From positions 24,023-88,022 of the forward strand of contig CAZOYD010000004.1 of the NCBI GenBank assembly GCA_964583985.1: a stretch of DNA of 64,000 bases, written 5' to 3'. The position numbers were made by a program, and so were the translations under genes. Of the stretch, positions 42,281-51,815 are shown piece by piece (the first letter of the stretch is position 1; each line of letters begins with the position of its first letter). The notes under the pieces were generated by a model. That model did not search any database. It was not told the DNA's origin and worked only from the letters and a program-made list of their open reading frames with translations. This DNA is from an uncultured archaeon. GTDB lineage: Archaea; Asgardarchaeota; Lokiarchaeia; Sigyniarchaeales; SOKP01.

Positions 42281-43582
42281 TTATTGATCTTGTTCTTCCA
42301 ATGCTTTACGTATTTCAGCAGCAGCTCTATGAGGTAATTTTAGTGCAACACGCATATCATCAACCATTTCTGCTCCTCCTATAACTTCATGTGGTATGAT
42401 ATCACCAAACATGTGGAAATTTGCATCATATCCATAGGGGCAGCAATTGAATAAGATATTTCGATTTTCATCGATTTTAATATCATCAAGAGCTTTAAAG
42501 ACTAATTTCATTGATTTGGCTAGATCTTCCATCTGATTTATTTTTAATTGAGAGAAGCGGCGTAGATGCTCATTTGGATGAAATCTAATGTGATAATTTC
42601 TAATGGGACTTCCAGCAGTATAATAAGTCCAAAATTTCGTTTTTAATATAATGCGATCCGTATCGCCATGTGTTGTTTCACAGAGATGACAATTTTCACC
42701 CATATTTTTGAAAGCTTGCAGATGTCCTTCCAAACGAGAACCATGACCATCACCGTTAAGATCAATATATACTTGACTATGAATTCTAGGTTGGCTTCCA
42801 CCCACTTCACTTCCTATATTAAAAAATGGAGCTACTGGAATGTCAAAATAATCTCGTTCGATAGCTTCTAAAATACAATACAGTATCGCTTCTTTCATGG
42901 ATAAAAAGATCCCGGTTAGCACCTCATAAGGTATTAGATCAAAGCATAAAGAGGGGTAAAAATTTCGTGATATTGTTACCAAATTGATTCCACGTGCTAA
43001 TTTTAAGTGTTTAGGTAATTTTTCTTTAATGTAAGCATCGATTTCTGGATCAATAACACGAGCCATTGCAGGGTAACGATTAATTAAAGTCAATGCTTTA
43101 CATTTTTCTGAAATCTTTTCAATCTTAGTAAGAGAAACTGAAAAAGGGTTACTCTTTTGCGTTTCATCTTCAGTAATGATTAAAGTGTAATAATCACCAG
43201 GATCCTTTTTTAAATCGTAATTAAGTGGAATTCCTTCGGTAGTTGCTGTAAAGACATCTTTGTATTCCTTCCAAAATGAATTTGAACATTTTTGCATGGA
43301 ACTCTTCTTTTCGATCGTTTGATACCCTTTGGGTCGTTGGCCTCGAATAGGTGAGAGATATGCATAATGTCCATAGTATCGTTCTTTCTGTTTGTGTAAT
43401 CCAAATTCATCAGTCGTTCGCGTAATTGTTGATAAAGGATCCCATCTTTTAATTGGGATCTCATAAATATCCTTAAAATTTTCTTTTGAAATGATTCCAT
43501 ATTCCATAAATCTTGGAGAATATTCTATTTTATCAATTATCGTCGGAATAATGCATACCTCATTAGAATGATTAATATCCAA
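42281..43582 (-). CDS. GalT-like hexose-1-phosphate nucleotidylyltransferase (HIT superfamily), divergent
   Basis: RWDPLS, RGQRP, NRYPA, GGSQPRIHSQ (HxH-like), CHLC, FHMFGDIIP, GGAE; TTG start. Confidence 0.75.
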   Translation of the reverse strand: MDINHSNEVCIIPTIIDKIEYSPRFMEYGIISKENFKDIYEIPIKRWDPLSTITRTTDEFGLHKQKERYYGHYAYLSPIRGQRPKGYQTIEKKSSMQKCSNSFWKEYKDVFTATTEGIPLNYDLKKDPGDYYTLIITEDETQKSNPFSVSLTKIEKISEKCKALTLINRYPAMARVIDPEIDAYIKEKLPKHLKLARGINLVTISRNFYPSLCFDLIPYEVLTGIFLSMKEAILYCILEAIERDYFDIPVAPFFNIGSEVGGSQPRIHSQVYIDLNGDGHGSRLEGHLQAFKNMGENCHLCETTHGDTDRIILKTKFWTYYTAGSPIRNYHIRFHPNEHLRRFSQLKINQMEDLAKSMKLVFKALDDIKIDENRNILFNCCPYGYDANFHMFGDIIPHEVIGGAEMVDDMRVALKLPHRAAAEIRKALEEQDQ

Positions 43583-43688
43583 TCAGAAAACAAATTTTAA
43601 ATATTTATTGAATATAATTAATTGAAATAAAAATAAAAGATAGAAAGAAAATTAATTATTATATATTTAACGATTTTTAACAAAACAA

Positions 43689-43705
43689 TTTGTTCATTGA
43701 ACAAA
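43689..43705. promoter_or_regulatory. Palindrome TTTGTTCA-T-TGAACAAA, candidate operator upstream of the GalT-like gene
   Basis: 8-bp perfect inverted arms about 107 bp upstream of the start. Confidence 0.4.
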
Positions 43706-43792
43706 ATTCTAAAAATGATTAATGGACACATTAGTATAAAACTTAACAGTATTTGGTTATAAAATAGAAAAAAAAAGGGAGGAATAAAAAGC

Positions 43793-44092
43793 TTAAGACT
43801 TAATGTCTAATCTCTTCACAATTTTATACGTTTTAAAAGTTTGGATGGGTTCAGAATTTTCATTAATACTTGTGTTCGGAACACGAACAAAATTCTCATC
43901 ATCAAAATCATCCAAATTGCTAAGATCGCCGATTTTTGCCATCTTATTAGCTGCTGACAATTCTCTTATTAAAAATTGTCGTACTGCACATCGAATAAGC
44001 TCGGATCGTGAAGGATATAGGCCATTTTCCCCGATTAACTTGTTTATGGCATCTATATAACTTTCAGGGACGTTAACTGTTACAATTTTCAT
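43793..44092 (-). CDS. Ribbon-helix-helix (CopG/NikR-like) transcriptional regulator
   Basis: MKIVTVNVP..YIDAI...LYPSRSELIRCAVRQFL. Confidence 0.88.
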   Translation of the reverse strand: MKIVTVNVPESYIDAINKLIGENGLYPSRSELIRCAVRQFLIRELSAANKMAKIGDLSNLDDFDDENFVRVPNTSINENSEPIQTFKTYKIVKRLDIKS

Positions 44093-44140
44093 GTTCTCAC
44101 AATCCTTCTATTATGAATTAAGTCAAAATTATCTTATGGA

Positions 44141-44157
44141 GAAATCCTTAGGATTTC
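44141..44157. promoter_or_regulatory. Palindrome GAAATCCT-T-AGGATTTC upstream of the RHH gene
   Basis: 8-bp perfect arms about 50 bp upstream of the start, comparatively GC-rich in an AT-rich spacer. Confidence 0.45.
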
Positions 44158-44538
44158 ATTTGATTTAAACCGCCTTAACCTTTGATTATAACTTGTTAAG
44201 TGATATAATAATTTATTGTAAAATATTATTTAAATCTTTTTTTTTAACCGATTAATATGTGTTAAAAAATAAATTTTTTCCTAATTGACAAAATCTAATA
44301 TTAAAAGTGAGATATAATAATTCGAGAAGATGGTTTAAAAGTTTTTTCCTTTTATGGCTACATGAACTATTTTGTTTTATCAAGTATAAAAAGTGATAAG
44401 TAATTGTTGAATATGATTTAAATAAAAATTTAATATTTGTTCATATACTATAAAAAATTTTCAAAAATAATTTCAATTGCATGATTTTCTTGTGAATAGA
44501 GTGAATTTTATGTCATGGCAATTTTATACTTATTCTAA

Positions 44539-45570
44539 TTAATACTCTTCAGTTAAATTGACTTGATTGATGAATTGACGCTTACCTTCAGATAATCGAG
44601 ACAAATTTTCTATAACTTCGTCCCACCTTAGTAAGTCAGCAAAAGGAGAATAACCCCTATGAGGTGAAAGGATAATATTTTCAAGATCATGAAAAGGATA
44701 ATTATATGGGTATTTTTTACCTTTTAAATCCTCATCAGGTGAATAATTGTACCAGACATCAATCGCTGCTCCTATTATTGCTTTATCTTTTAAAGCATTA
44801 TAAAGAGCTAACTCATTTATTATCTCCCCTCTCCCAACATTTATTAATATACCTTCTTTTCCTAATAAATCCAGTTGCTTCTTTCCAATTAAATTCTTAG
44901 TCCTTGAAGTAAGAGGAATTGCAATTATTAAGATATCTATTTCATCACAAAAATCATTAACTTGAGATTCAGTAAATTTTTTTACTGGAGTAATCAATTG
45001 TTCATCGTTCTTATCCCAATGTTTACGGAGGACAGAAAATTCGATGTTGAAACCGTGTAACATTTCGTGGATTTTTTTGTTAATTGCTCCGTATCCCAGC
45101 AATCCCACTTTTCTAAAACGTAATGGTATCGAGGCTGCTTCCTCATCACCAGTCCTCCATTTTCCTTCTTTCATCCATTTATGATGCAAAATTATTTTAT
45201 TCATAAATGTTAAAAGCAATGCAACAGCATGTTGTGCCACAAAATAGGAGTTCCCATGTCCATTGATAAGTTTTACTTCTCTTTCTGTGTTTAATTCTCG
45301 AAATAAATCAATTAGATGCGTTACACCCGCTCCAGGATTGATAAATAGTCTTAGCTTAGCTGCTCTTTTTAACATTTCTGCTGTTGGATGCCACCCAATT
45401 AAAACATCAGCATCTGCAGCGAGAGATAATACATTTTTAATTGAAGTGTCAGAAGGAAACAATAATTTTAGGTTGTCATATCTTTTTAAATTCGATGATA
45501 AATATTCCTGTATGGATTGGGATATTTCAGAAATGAAGAGGACGATTATTTCATCTGGTTTTTTTGACAT
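44539..45570 (-). CDS. D-isomer-specific 2-hydroxyacid dehydrogenase
   Basis: VAQHA, GLLGYGAI, PLTSRT, INVGRG, AAIDVW, ILSPH. Confidence 0.92.
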   Translation of the reverse strand: MSKKPDEIIVLFISEISQSIQEYLSSNLKRYDNLKLLFPSDTSIKNVLSLAADADVLIGWHPTAEMLKRAAKLRLFINPGAGVTHLIDLFRELNTEREVKLINGHGNSYFVAQHAVALLLTFMNKIILHHKWMKEGKWRTGDEEAASIPLRFRKVGLLGYGAINKKIHEMLHGFNIEFSVLRKHWDKNDEQLITPVKKFTESQVNDFCDEIDILIIAIPLTSRTKNLIGKKQLDLLGKEGILINVGRGEIINELALYNALKDKAIIGAAIDVWYNYSPDEDLKGKKYPYNYPFHDLENIILSPHRGYSPFADLLRWDEVIENLSRLSEGKRQFINQVNLTEEY

Positions 45571-45786
45571 AATTCATCGCGTGATTCAAGTTGACTCATA
45601 GAACAGAAAAGATAACCTTAAATATCTAATTTTTGTCCTATGATAATTGAAATAAATTTTGCAGTGGTATGAAGTAAGTAAACTTAGAATGAAAACTATC
45701 ATATTTATCTGTCAGACTCAAATAAATTTTTATATCCTTTATATCAATATATTTATAATTAAAACAATAAATAAACAATTAGGTAA

Positions 45787-47151
45787 TTGCTATTGTCTGA
45801 AATTAAATTATTTTCCATGTTCGTTGAGAGCATTCAATTAAATATCGATGATTTTTTAGTAGAAGAGCTTACAGAAATGCAAAAGGAAATCATAGATGAA
45901 GCCACGTTTATTTTCAAGGAAAATATCGTTGGAGATATTAAGCCCTTTGGAGGAAATATAAAAAAAAACGAGGAAAAATATAATGAATTATTAAAACATG
46001 CAGAAGAGGAACTCAAATTAGAAAAATATAAAGATATCAAGAAGCAACTCAAGGACTATCTTAGTAAATTACCAGAATTAATCATAAAAACCTGTGGAGC
46101 TAAAATTCCTGTTAAAGAATTTCCTTGGGTAGATATTATATTTCGAACTGTACCTCGTATTATATATGATGAAAAAGTAAAACTCTTAGATAAATCAATT
46201 ACTTATTATGGAGAAATTAAATGTTTCATTGGTAGAACAACCCTCTATGGTAAAATCAAGGATCAAGAGCCTCTGTTTGCACCATTTACAGGAAATCTTG
46301 ATTTAGGAGGGTACAAGCTTGATACCGCGACAGAAAAACCTAAATCGGAAATGTTCTCTTATGTTAATGCTATCATAAATTCATTTGATTCAGCCATTAC
46401 AAAAAGTCAATTAGCTAAGTACCATGAAGAATTCTCTCGGCATGGAGATCCAATCTGTGATTTTTTTATGAAGGAAGATGATTTAAAAGAATCATTATCA
46501 AACCTAACATCCGCGTTTGAAAGCGGCAGAATAAAATCTGACACTGCCGTTTGTGGTATTGCGGTACCAATACCTTCAGATAAAACAACACTAATAATCG
46601 TAATTGATGAAAGCGATGATAGTAATAGGTATACGAAATGTTTTGAAGCGCAATTAAAATTCTCTGCAGCAGCATGTAATGCCCCCATCCCAATGTCGGG
46701 AACAATCCCTACTCAAGGAGAACAAACTCCTGGAACTGTTAGTACACCAGGAGGTCAAGAGCTTAAAATATGGTCTGCCGAAGAATTAGCCGCACAAGCA
46801 CAATCGAGATTGAATTCTCAACCGGAAATGCCCGTATGGACAGAAGAAGAATTAGCTAAGCACATTTCCGAAAGAGGAACGGGACTTCCAGAAGGAATAG
46901 AAATGTGGACCGAAGAAGAATTGTTAGAATTAGCTAAACAGAGAGGTGGTGGTGGATTAAATATTCCTGAATGGGAAGATCAAGGATTACCTGAATGTAA
47001 AAATTGTGGTTATGCTCTAAGATCGGGATGGGATAAATGCCCTGTTTGTGAAACTCCCGTGGGAGAGCAATCTTCTAATAAAACGGAAAACTCCGAAACA
47101 CAAAAATCCGAAGAATCTACTGAAGAATCATTAAAAGATCCAGAAGAGTGA
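45787..47151 (+). CDS. Hypothetical protein: unknown N-terminal domain, W(S/T)xEEL repeats, zinc ribbon, acidic tail (likely start TTG 45793)
   Basis: 454-aa ORF; WSAEEL, WTEEEL, WTEEEL; CKNC...CPVC. Confidence 0.8.
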   Translation: MLLSEIKLFSMFVESIQLNIDDFLVEELTEMQKEIIDEATFIFKENIVGDIKPFGGNIKKNEEKYNELLKHAEEELKLEKYKDIKKQLKDYLSKLPELIIKTCGAKIPVKEFPWVDIIFRTVPRIIYDEKVKLLDKSITYYGEIKCFIGRTTLYGKIKDQEPLFAPFTGNLDLGGYKLDTATEKPKSEMFSYVNAIINSFDSAITKSQLAKYHEEFSRHGDPICDFFMKEDDLKESLSNLTSAFESGRIKSDTAVCGIAVPIPSDKTTLIIVIDESDDSNRYTKCFEAQLKFSAAACNAPIPMSGTIPTQGEQTPGTVSTPGGQELKIWSAEELAAQAQSRLNSQPEMPVWTEEELAKHISERGTGLPEGIEMWTEEELLELAKQRGGGGLNIPEWEDQGLPECKNCGYALRSGWDKCPVCETPVGEQSSNKTENSETQKSEESTEESLKDPEE

Positions 47152-47296
47152 AACTAAATTTAAATAAATCTTCAACTGTTTCTCACCCAAAAAATTAATT
47201 AGGATCAAAATAGGATTATTTTCCTCTCCATTCAAAACTTTTTTTAACTAGATTTTATTTACAACATTAAAGGTATCAAGAAATTAAAGAAAAAAA

Positions 47297-48331
47297 TTGT
47301 TATCCAATATTTTCTTATTAAAAGGAAATACTTTCCATGATTTGAATTCTCTAGATATTTTTAGCTATCCAGATGATATCTTGAGAAATAGAAATCATGA
47401 TTTTGTAAAAAAGGTCATTTTTGGTCATGATCATGGAATTATTGTAGAGAATTATCGTAAAGATATGGCGAATGAGTTGGAGCATTCAAATCAAAAACTC
47501 AATCAAAAATTGAATGATTATTCCTTAGATCGTCCCGTCCCTCAAAATATCGATGGGTTAAATGTGTATACAATATGCATTAATTCAAAGATGATAATTG
47601 GGTTAATTTTTGAAAAAAATGATAATCCAATTGATTATAAAGAGATTTTTGAAGATTTATCGAATGAAATGCTAAATAATGAAAGATGTTGCAAGTTTGA
47701 AGATGAAATTGAGATTGAAAACTTTCTAATAACTCTTTTTATTGATATTAGGAGATATGGAGATGAATTTATAGAAAAAGCTCCCGAAATGGCTTTCAAA
47801 CCCATTGGTATCTTCATTAAAGTGTTTCTCTTTGGTATTGACGATGTTGGTAAAACATCATTTGCACACCGAATTAAAACAGGAAAATTTATAGATAATT
47901 CTTTCACTCCAACCCGAACTTTCAATATCGAATATATCCAAAAACAAGACGGATATTTAGCAGTTTGGGACATGCCAGGACAACGGGCATTTAGGGATAA
48001 ATGGTTTAAAGGAATTCAAGATTCCAATATCATTATATATATGATAGATGCTGCAAATCAGTTGCGATTTGAAGAATCCAAAAGAGAATTATGGAATTTT
48101 TTAAATAAGCATGATTCATCTGGAATTCCTCTTTTAATTTTGGGAAATAAAACAGATCTAATCACGAAACCCGAAGAAATAGAAAGTAATCTTTTCAGAA
48201 CTAAACAAGAAATAATGGATTATTTTGAACTTGATAAAATCAACGATCGAGATTATTATTTCTTTTTTACATCAGTAAAGACTAATTTTAATATGAATGA
48301 AGTAATGAACACTCTTTTTAATATAGTGTGA
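47297..48331 (+). CDS. Arf-like small GTPase with N-terminal longin/uDENN-like domain
   Basis: G1 GIDDVGKTS, G2 PT, G3 WDMPGQ, G4 NKTD, G5 TSVK; about 170-aa N-terminal alpha/beta domain (fold inferred). Confidence 0.85.
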   Translation: MLSNIFLLKGNTFHDLNSLDIFSYPDDILRNRNHDFVKKVIFGHDHGIIVENYRKDMANELEHSNQKLNQKLNDYSLDRPVPQNIDGLNVYTICINSKMIIGLIFEKNDNPIDYKEIFEDLSNEMLNNERCCKFEDEIEIENFLITLFIDIRRYGDEFIEKAPEMAFKPIGIFIKVFLFGIDDVGKTSFAHRIKTGKFIDNSFTPTRTFNIEYIQKQDGYLAVWDMPGQRAFRDKWFKGIQDSNIIIYMIDAANQLRFEESKRELWNFLNKHDSSGIPLLILGNKTDLITKPEEIESNLFRTKQEIMDYFELDKINDRDYYFFFTSVKTNFNMNEVMNTLFNIV

Positions 48332-48441
48332 TTGACTTAATGATGAGTTTTTTTAGAGTGAATTTCCAAAGATTAAATTTATAAATCTAAAAGATTAAAT
48401 TTCTATTATAATAAATGAGATAAACCGAGCAGATACTCATT

Positions 48442-49038
48442 ATGTTTAAAAGATTAAAAAAAGATTTGAATATTAATATCGAAGAAAAGGATGGACAACT
48501 GTTCTTGGGTGATAAAAAGAAAGACATGCGCCTAGTAATGCTGCGACCCAATGAAATAATGGAATTTTGTGAGTTTACTGGTACGAACGCAGAAGATATT
48601 TTGAGTTGGGTCGGAAAAACTCTCGGAAAGGGTTTTATGGAACAATTCTTCTATAATAAGGATTGGAGTGCTGAAAATCTTGCCGTAAAGAAAGAAGTGG
48701 TTCTTGGAACATTGGAAGCCTTGATGTTAATGGGATATGGGGCCTTAACAGGGCTCTTCAAAAAAGATCACATCATGATTAACGTTTATGGATCCCTCGC
48801 AAAAGAGGAAAAAGAAAGCGTAATGGCTAAAAATTTATGCGTGTTATATCTTGGTATATTCACGGGAATCTTGGACGTGCTCGGAATTGAGGCTGACGGA
48901 AAAGAAATAGAGTGCATTTTAACGGGTGGTGAAAAATGTTCCTTTAAATTTGACTTCATCGGAGAAGAAATTGACGATAGCTTAGTTGATGAGGATCTTT
49001 CAGAAGAAACTGTAACCGAATTTTTAGCATCTCTCTAA
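48442..49038 (+). CDS. V4R-domain protein (Bet3/TRAPP-related fold)
   Basis: GKTLGK, MGYG, NLC...GIFTG, ECILTGGEKCSF (V4R Cys/Glu pattern); acidic tail. Confidence 0.85.
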   Translation: MFKRLKKDLNINIEEKDGQLFLGDKKKDMRLVMLRPNEIMEFCEFTGTNAEDILSWVGKTLGKGFMEQFFYNKDWSAENLAVKKEVVLGTLEALMLMGYGALTGLFKKDHIMINVYGSLAKEEKESVMAKNLCVLYLGIFTGILDVLGIEADGKEIECILTGGEKCSFKFDFIGEEIDDSLVDEDLSEETVTEFLASL

Positions 49039-49221
49039 ATTAAACATCTAAAAAAATCTCTTTTTGATAATATTATTGTTCTTTTATTGAAATAATCTCC
49101 ATTCCAAAACTTTTAGCTCGAAAGTGATAAGATTAAGAAAAATCTAATATAGCAATTCTTAGTTAATCCCGCATTTCCTTCACGTTTATATTACCCTTTC
49201 TATTTATAAAATAATTACTTG

Positions 49222-49237
49222 GTGTGAAGCTTCACAC
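49222..49237. promoter_or_regulatory. Perfect 16-bp palindrome GTGTGAAGCTTCACAC, candidate operator of cdhA
   Basis: Exactly self-complementary, about 140 bp upstream of the cdhA start, in an otherwise very AT-rich spacer. Confidence 0.6.
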
Positions 49238-49376
49238 TTATTTTCTAAAAACAACATTGCTTTCCAGCTGTTAAAAGTAATTATAAAATTTAAAATATGA
49301 GTGTTAATAATTTCAATTATAGTAATTTAACATTATGAATATTAATTAATTATTAATTGAAAAATGTGAAAAAAAA

Positions 49377-51728
49377 ATGAATGAAAAAGGCGTCAAACTA
49401 AAAGTTGACTCTTATTCAGGTCCACTAGGAAAGATCAAGGGATTCGAATTTACAGCGGGAAAACTTGTAAGTGAAGGCGATGAAACGGAATGGGAAGTGA
49501 TGGGACCGACCCCAAAACCTCATATTCCTACTCTACGTCCCTGGTTCTTCAAATTAATGGAAAGATACAAACCTTATTATATGCCTATATGTGATATGTG
49601 TTGTTTGTGCACTTATGGTAAATGTAATCTTTCTAAAGGGAGAACTGGCGCATGTGGTATAAATATGGAGACTCAACAAGCAAGGATAGTCCAAATTGCA
49701 TGTGCTATTGGAGCCGCATGTCATAGTGCTCACGGTGATCATCTACTACATTGGCTCAAAGAGAAATATGGCAACGTTCCAATTAATTTTGGAAATAATA
49801 TTGCGGTAGAAATGCCACTTACGCGATTGCTTGTGGGAATGAAGCCAGAAACCTTAGAGGATTTGGAGACTGCTATGGAATGGGTTCATTATACAATCAC
49901 CCACGTTTTAGCAGCTGGACATACAGGTCAAGAATCAAATTATATCGATTATGAAAATAAAAGTTTTGTTGCGGGATTAGCTGATGAGGTAGGCATGGAG
50001 ATAGCTGATGCCGTTCAAATCGCAGCATATGGTTTCCCCATGGGTGAAGCAGATGTTCCAATTGTTGAGTTAGGCATGGGAACGATGGATGTAGAAAACA
50101 AAGCAACGGTATTGATGATTGGACATAATGTAGCACCTGGTATCGAACTTGTAGACTATATTAGAGAAAAAGGTTTAGAAGATAAACTTGATGTGGGAGC
50201 AATTTGTTGCACAGCACATGATTTAACAAGGTATTATGATGGTGCTAAAGTAATTGGTTCAATGTCAAGACAAATGCACTTTATCCGTTCAGGATTAGCT
50301 GATGTAGTTATGGTTGATGAACAATGTGTAAACCTCCGAAGTTTTGAACAAGCCCAACTTGTAGGATCTCCGTTTATTGCTACAAATGAGAAAAACATGG
50401 GGGGTTTACCCGATAGAACTAATGACCCCGCTGAAGAAATTATTGATGATTTAGTCAGTGGTAGAGTCCCGGGAGTTTTAATTTTAGATCCGATAAAAGC
50501 AGGCATTGTAGCTTCTGAAACTGCTGTTAAAATAAAACCAATTAGAAAGGGTAGAAGTGGAGTTCCAGATGAGCAAGGTTGTATTGATATGGCCTATAAT
50601 TGCAATGGATGCGGTAATTGTCAACGAAACTGTCCTAATGATCTTCCTCTTGTAGAGGGAGTAAGACTTGTCAAGGAAGGCGATTTTTCCGTGCTAGCCG
50701 ATGCGTTTGATCACTGTTTAGATTGTGGAAGGTGCGAGGCAGACTGCATGAAAAATGTTTCTCCATTAACACTTTTAATGTATGCTGGACGGGATAAGAT
50801 AAGACATGAGACATTTAACATGAGAGTTGGAAGAGGACCCATACAAGATACAGAAATAAGAAATGTTGGGGCTCCGATTGTACTTGGAGAAATACCTGGA
50901 ATTGTAGCAATAATTGGATGTGCAAGTTATGGCAAAGAAATCCAAGAATTATACAAGATGGCAGAAGAATTTCTTATACGAAATTACATTGTGGTAGTTT
51001 CTGGGTGTGGTGCAATGGATATCGGACTTGTTAAAGATGAAGATGGTAAAACATTGTATGATCGATTTCCGGGAGATTTTGATCGCGGAGGATTAGTGAA
51101 TGTCGGATCTTGTGTTTCTAATCCACACATTACTGGTGCTGCTTGTAAGGTAGCAAATATTTTCGCAAGAAGACCTTTAAGAGGAAATTTTGAAGAAATC
51201 GCAGATTATATCTTGAATCGAGTAGGTGCTGTAGGTGTAGCGTGGGGCGCAATGTCTCAAAAAGCTGCAAGTATTGCATCGGGCGCTAATGGTTTGGGAA
51301 TTCCTGCAGTTTGCGGACCTCATGCCGCAGAATATCGAAGAATGTACATTGGACGTTCTGATGATGACGAAACATGGAAAGTTTTTAATGCACGAGATGG
51401 AACACCAGATCAACTAGTAGGACCCGCACCTGAACATTTGCTTTGCACTGCTGAATCAATAGAACAAGCAATTTGCTTAGTTGCGAAATTAGCTATTAGA
51501 CCCGCGGATAACTCAAAAGGCAGAATGATCAAACTTTCTCATTGGATAGACTTGGAAAGAAAATATAAAGGCGTTGATTTGCCAAACGACTTAGAGAAAT
51601 ATATCCGTGTTGAATCAGATATTCCAATCAATATGAAAGAAGAAATTCACGAATATCTAAAGCAAAAAGATTGGCAACCACGTGAGATAGTAGATCCAAC
51701 TTTAATCAAGAGATTGTGTAGAGTTTAA
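49377..51728 (+). CDS. cdhA: CO dehydrogenase/acetyl-CoA synthase complex subunit alpha (archaeal Ni-CODH)
   Basis: CDMCCLCTYGKC, IGHN, ICCTAHD, DEQC, two ferredoxin motifs (CNGCGNCQRNCP, CLDCGRCEADC), IIGC, SGC, GSCVSN, SQKA, PAPEHL. Confidence 0.97.
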   Translation: MNEKGVKLKVDSYSGPLGKIKGFEFTAGKLVSEGDETEWEVMGPTPKPHIPTLRPWFFKLMERYKPYYMPICDMCCLCTYGKCNLSKGRTGACGINMETQQARIVQIACAIGAACHSAHGDHLLHWLKEKYGNVPINFGNNIAVEMPLTRLLVGMKPETLEDLETAMEWVHYTITHVLAAGHTGQESNYIDYENKSFVAGLADEVGMEIADAVQIAAYGFPMGEADVPIVELGMGTMDVENKATVLMIGHNVAPGIELVDYIREKGLEDKLDVGAICCTAHDLTRYYDGAKVIGSMSRQMHFIRSGLADVVMVDEQCVNLRSFEQAQLVGSPFIATNEKNMGGLPDRTNDPAEEIIDDLVSGRVPGVLILDPIKAGIVASETAVKIKPIRKGRSGVPDEQGCIDMAYNCNGCGNCQRNCPNDLPLVEGVRLVKEGDFSVLADAFDHCLDCGRCEADCMKNVSPLTLLMYAGRDKIRHETFNMRVGRGPIQDTEIRNVGAPIVLGEIPGIVAIIGCASYGKEIQELYKMAEEFLIRNYIVVVSGCGAMDIGLVKDEDGKTLYDRFPGDFDRGGLVNVGSCVSNPHITGAACKVANIFARRPLRGNFEEIADYILNRVGAVGVAWGAMSQKAASIASGANGLGIPAVCGPHAAEYRRMYIGRSDDDETWKVFNARDGTPDQLVGPAPEHLLCTAESIEQAICLVAKLAIRPADNSKGRMIKLSHWIDLERKYKGVDLPNDLEKYIRVESDIPINMKEEIHEYLKQKDWQPREIVDPTLIKRLCRV

Positions 51729-51815
51729 ACATTAATCCTTTTTTACAATATTTTTTATCTTTTTAATTTATCTTTATTTTAAACAAATAATTCTAATACA
51801 AAATCACAAAAAGTC

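Noticed and set aside
44093-44538. AT-rich spacer as replication origin or ncRNA
   Set aside because: No ORB-like repeats, no adjacent cdc6/orc gene and no GC-rich structured segment.
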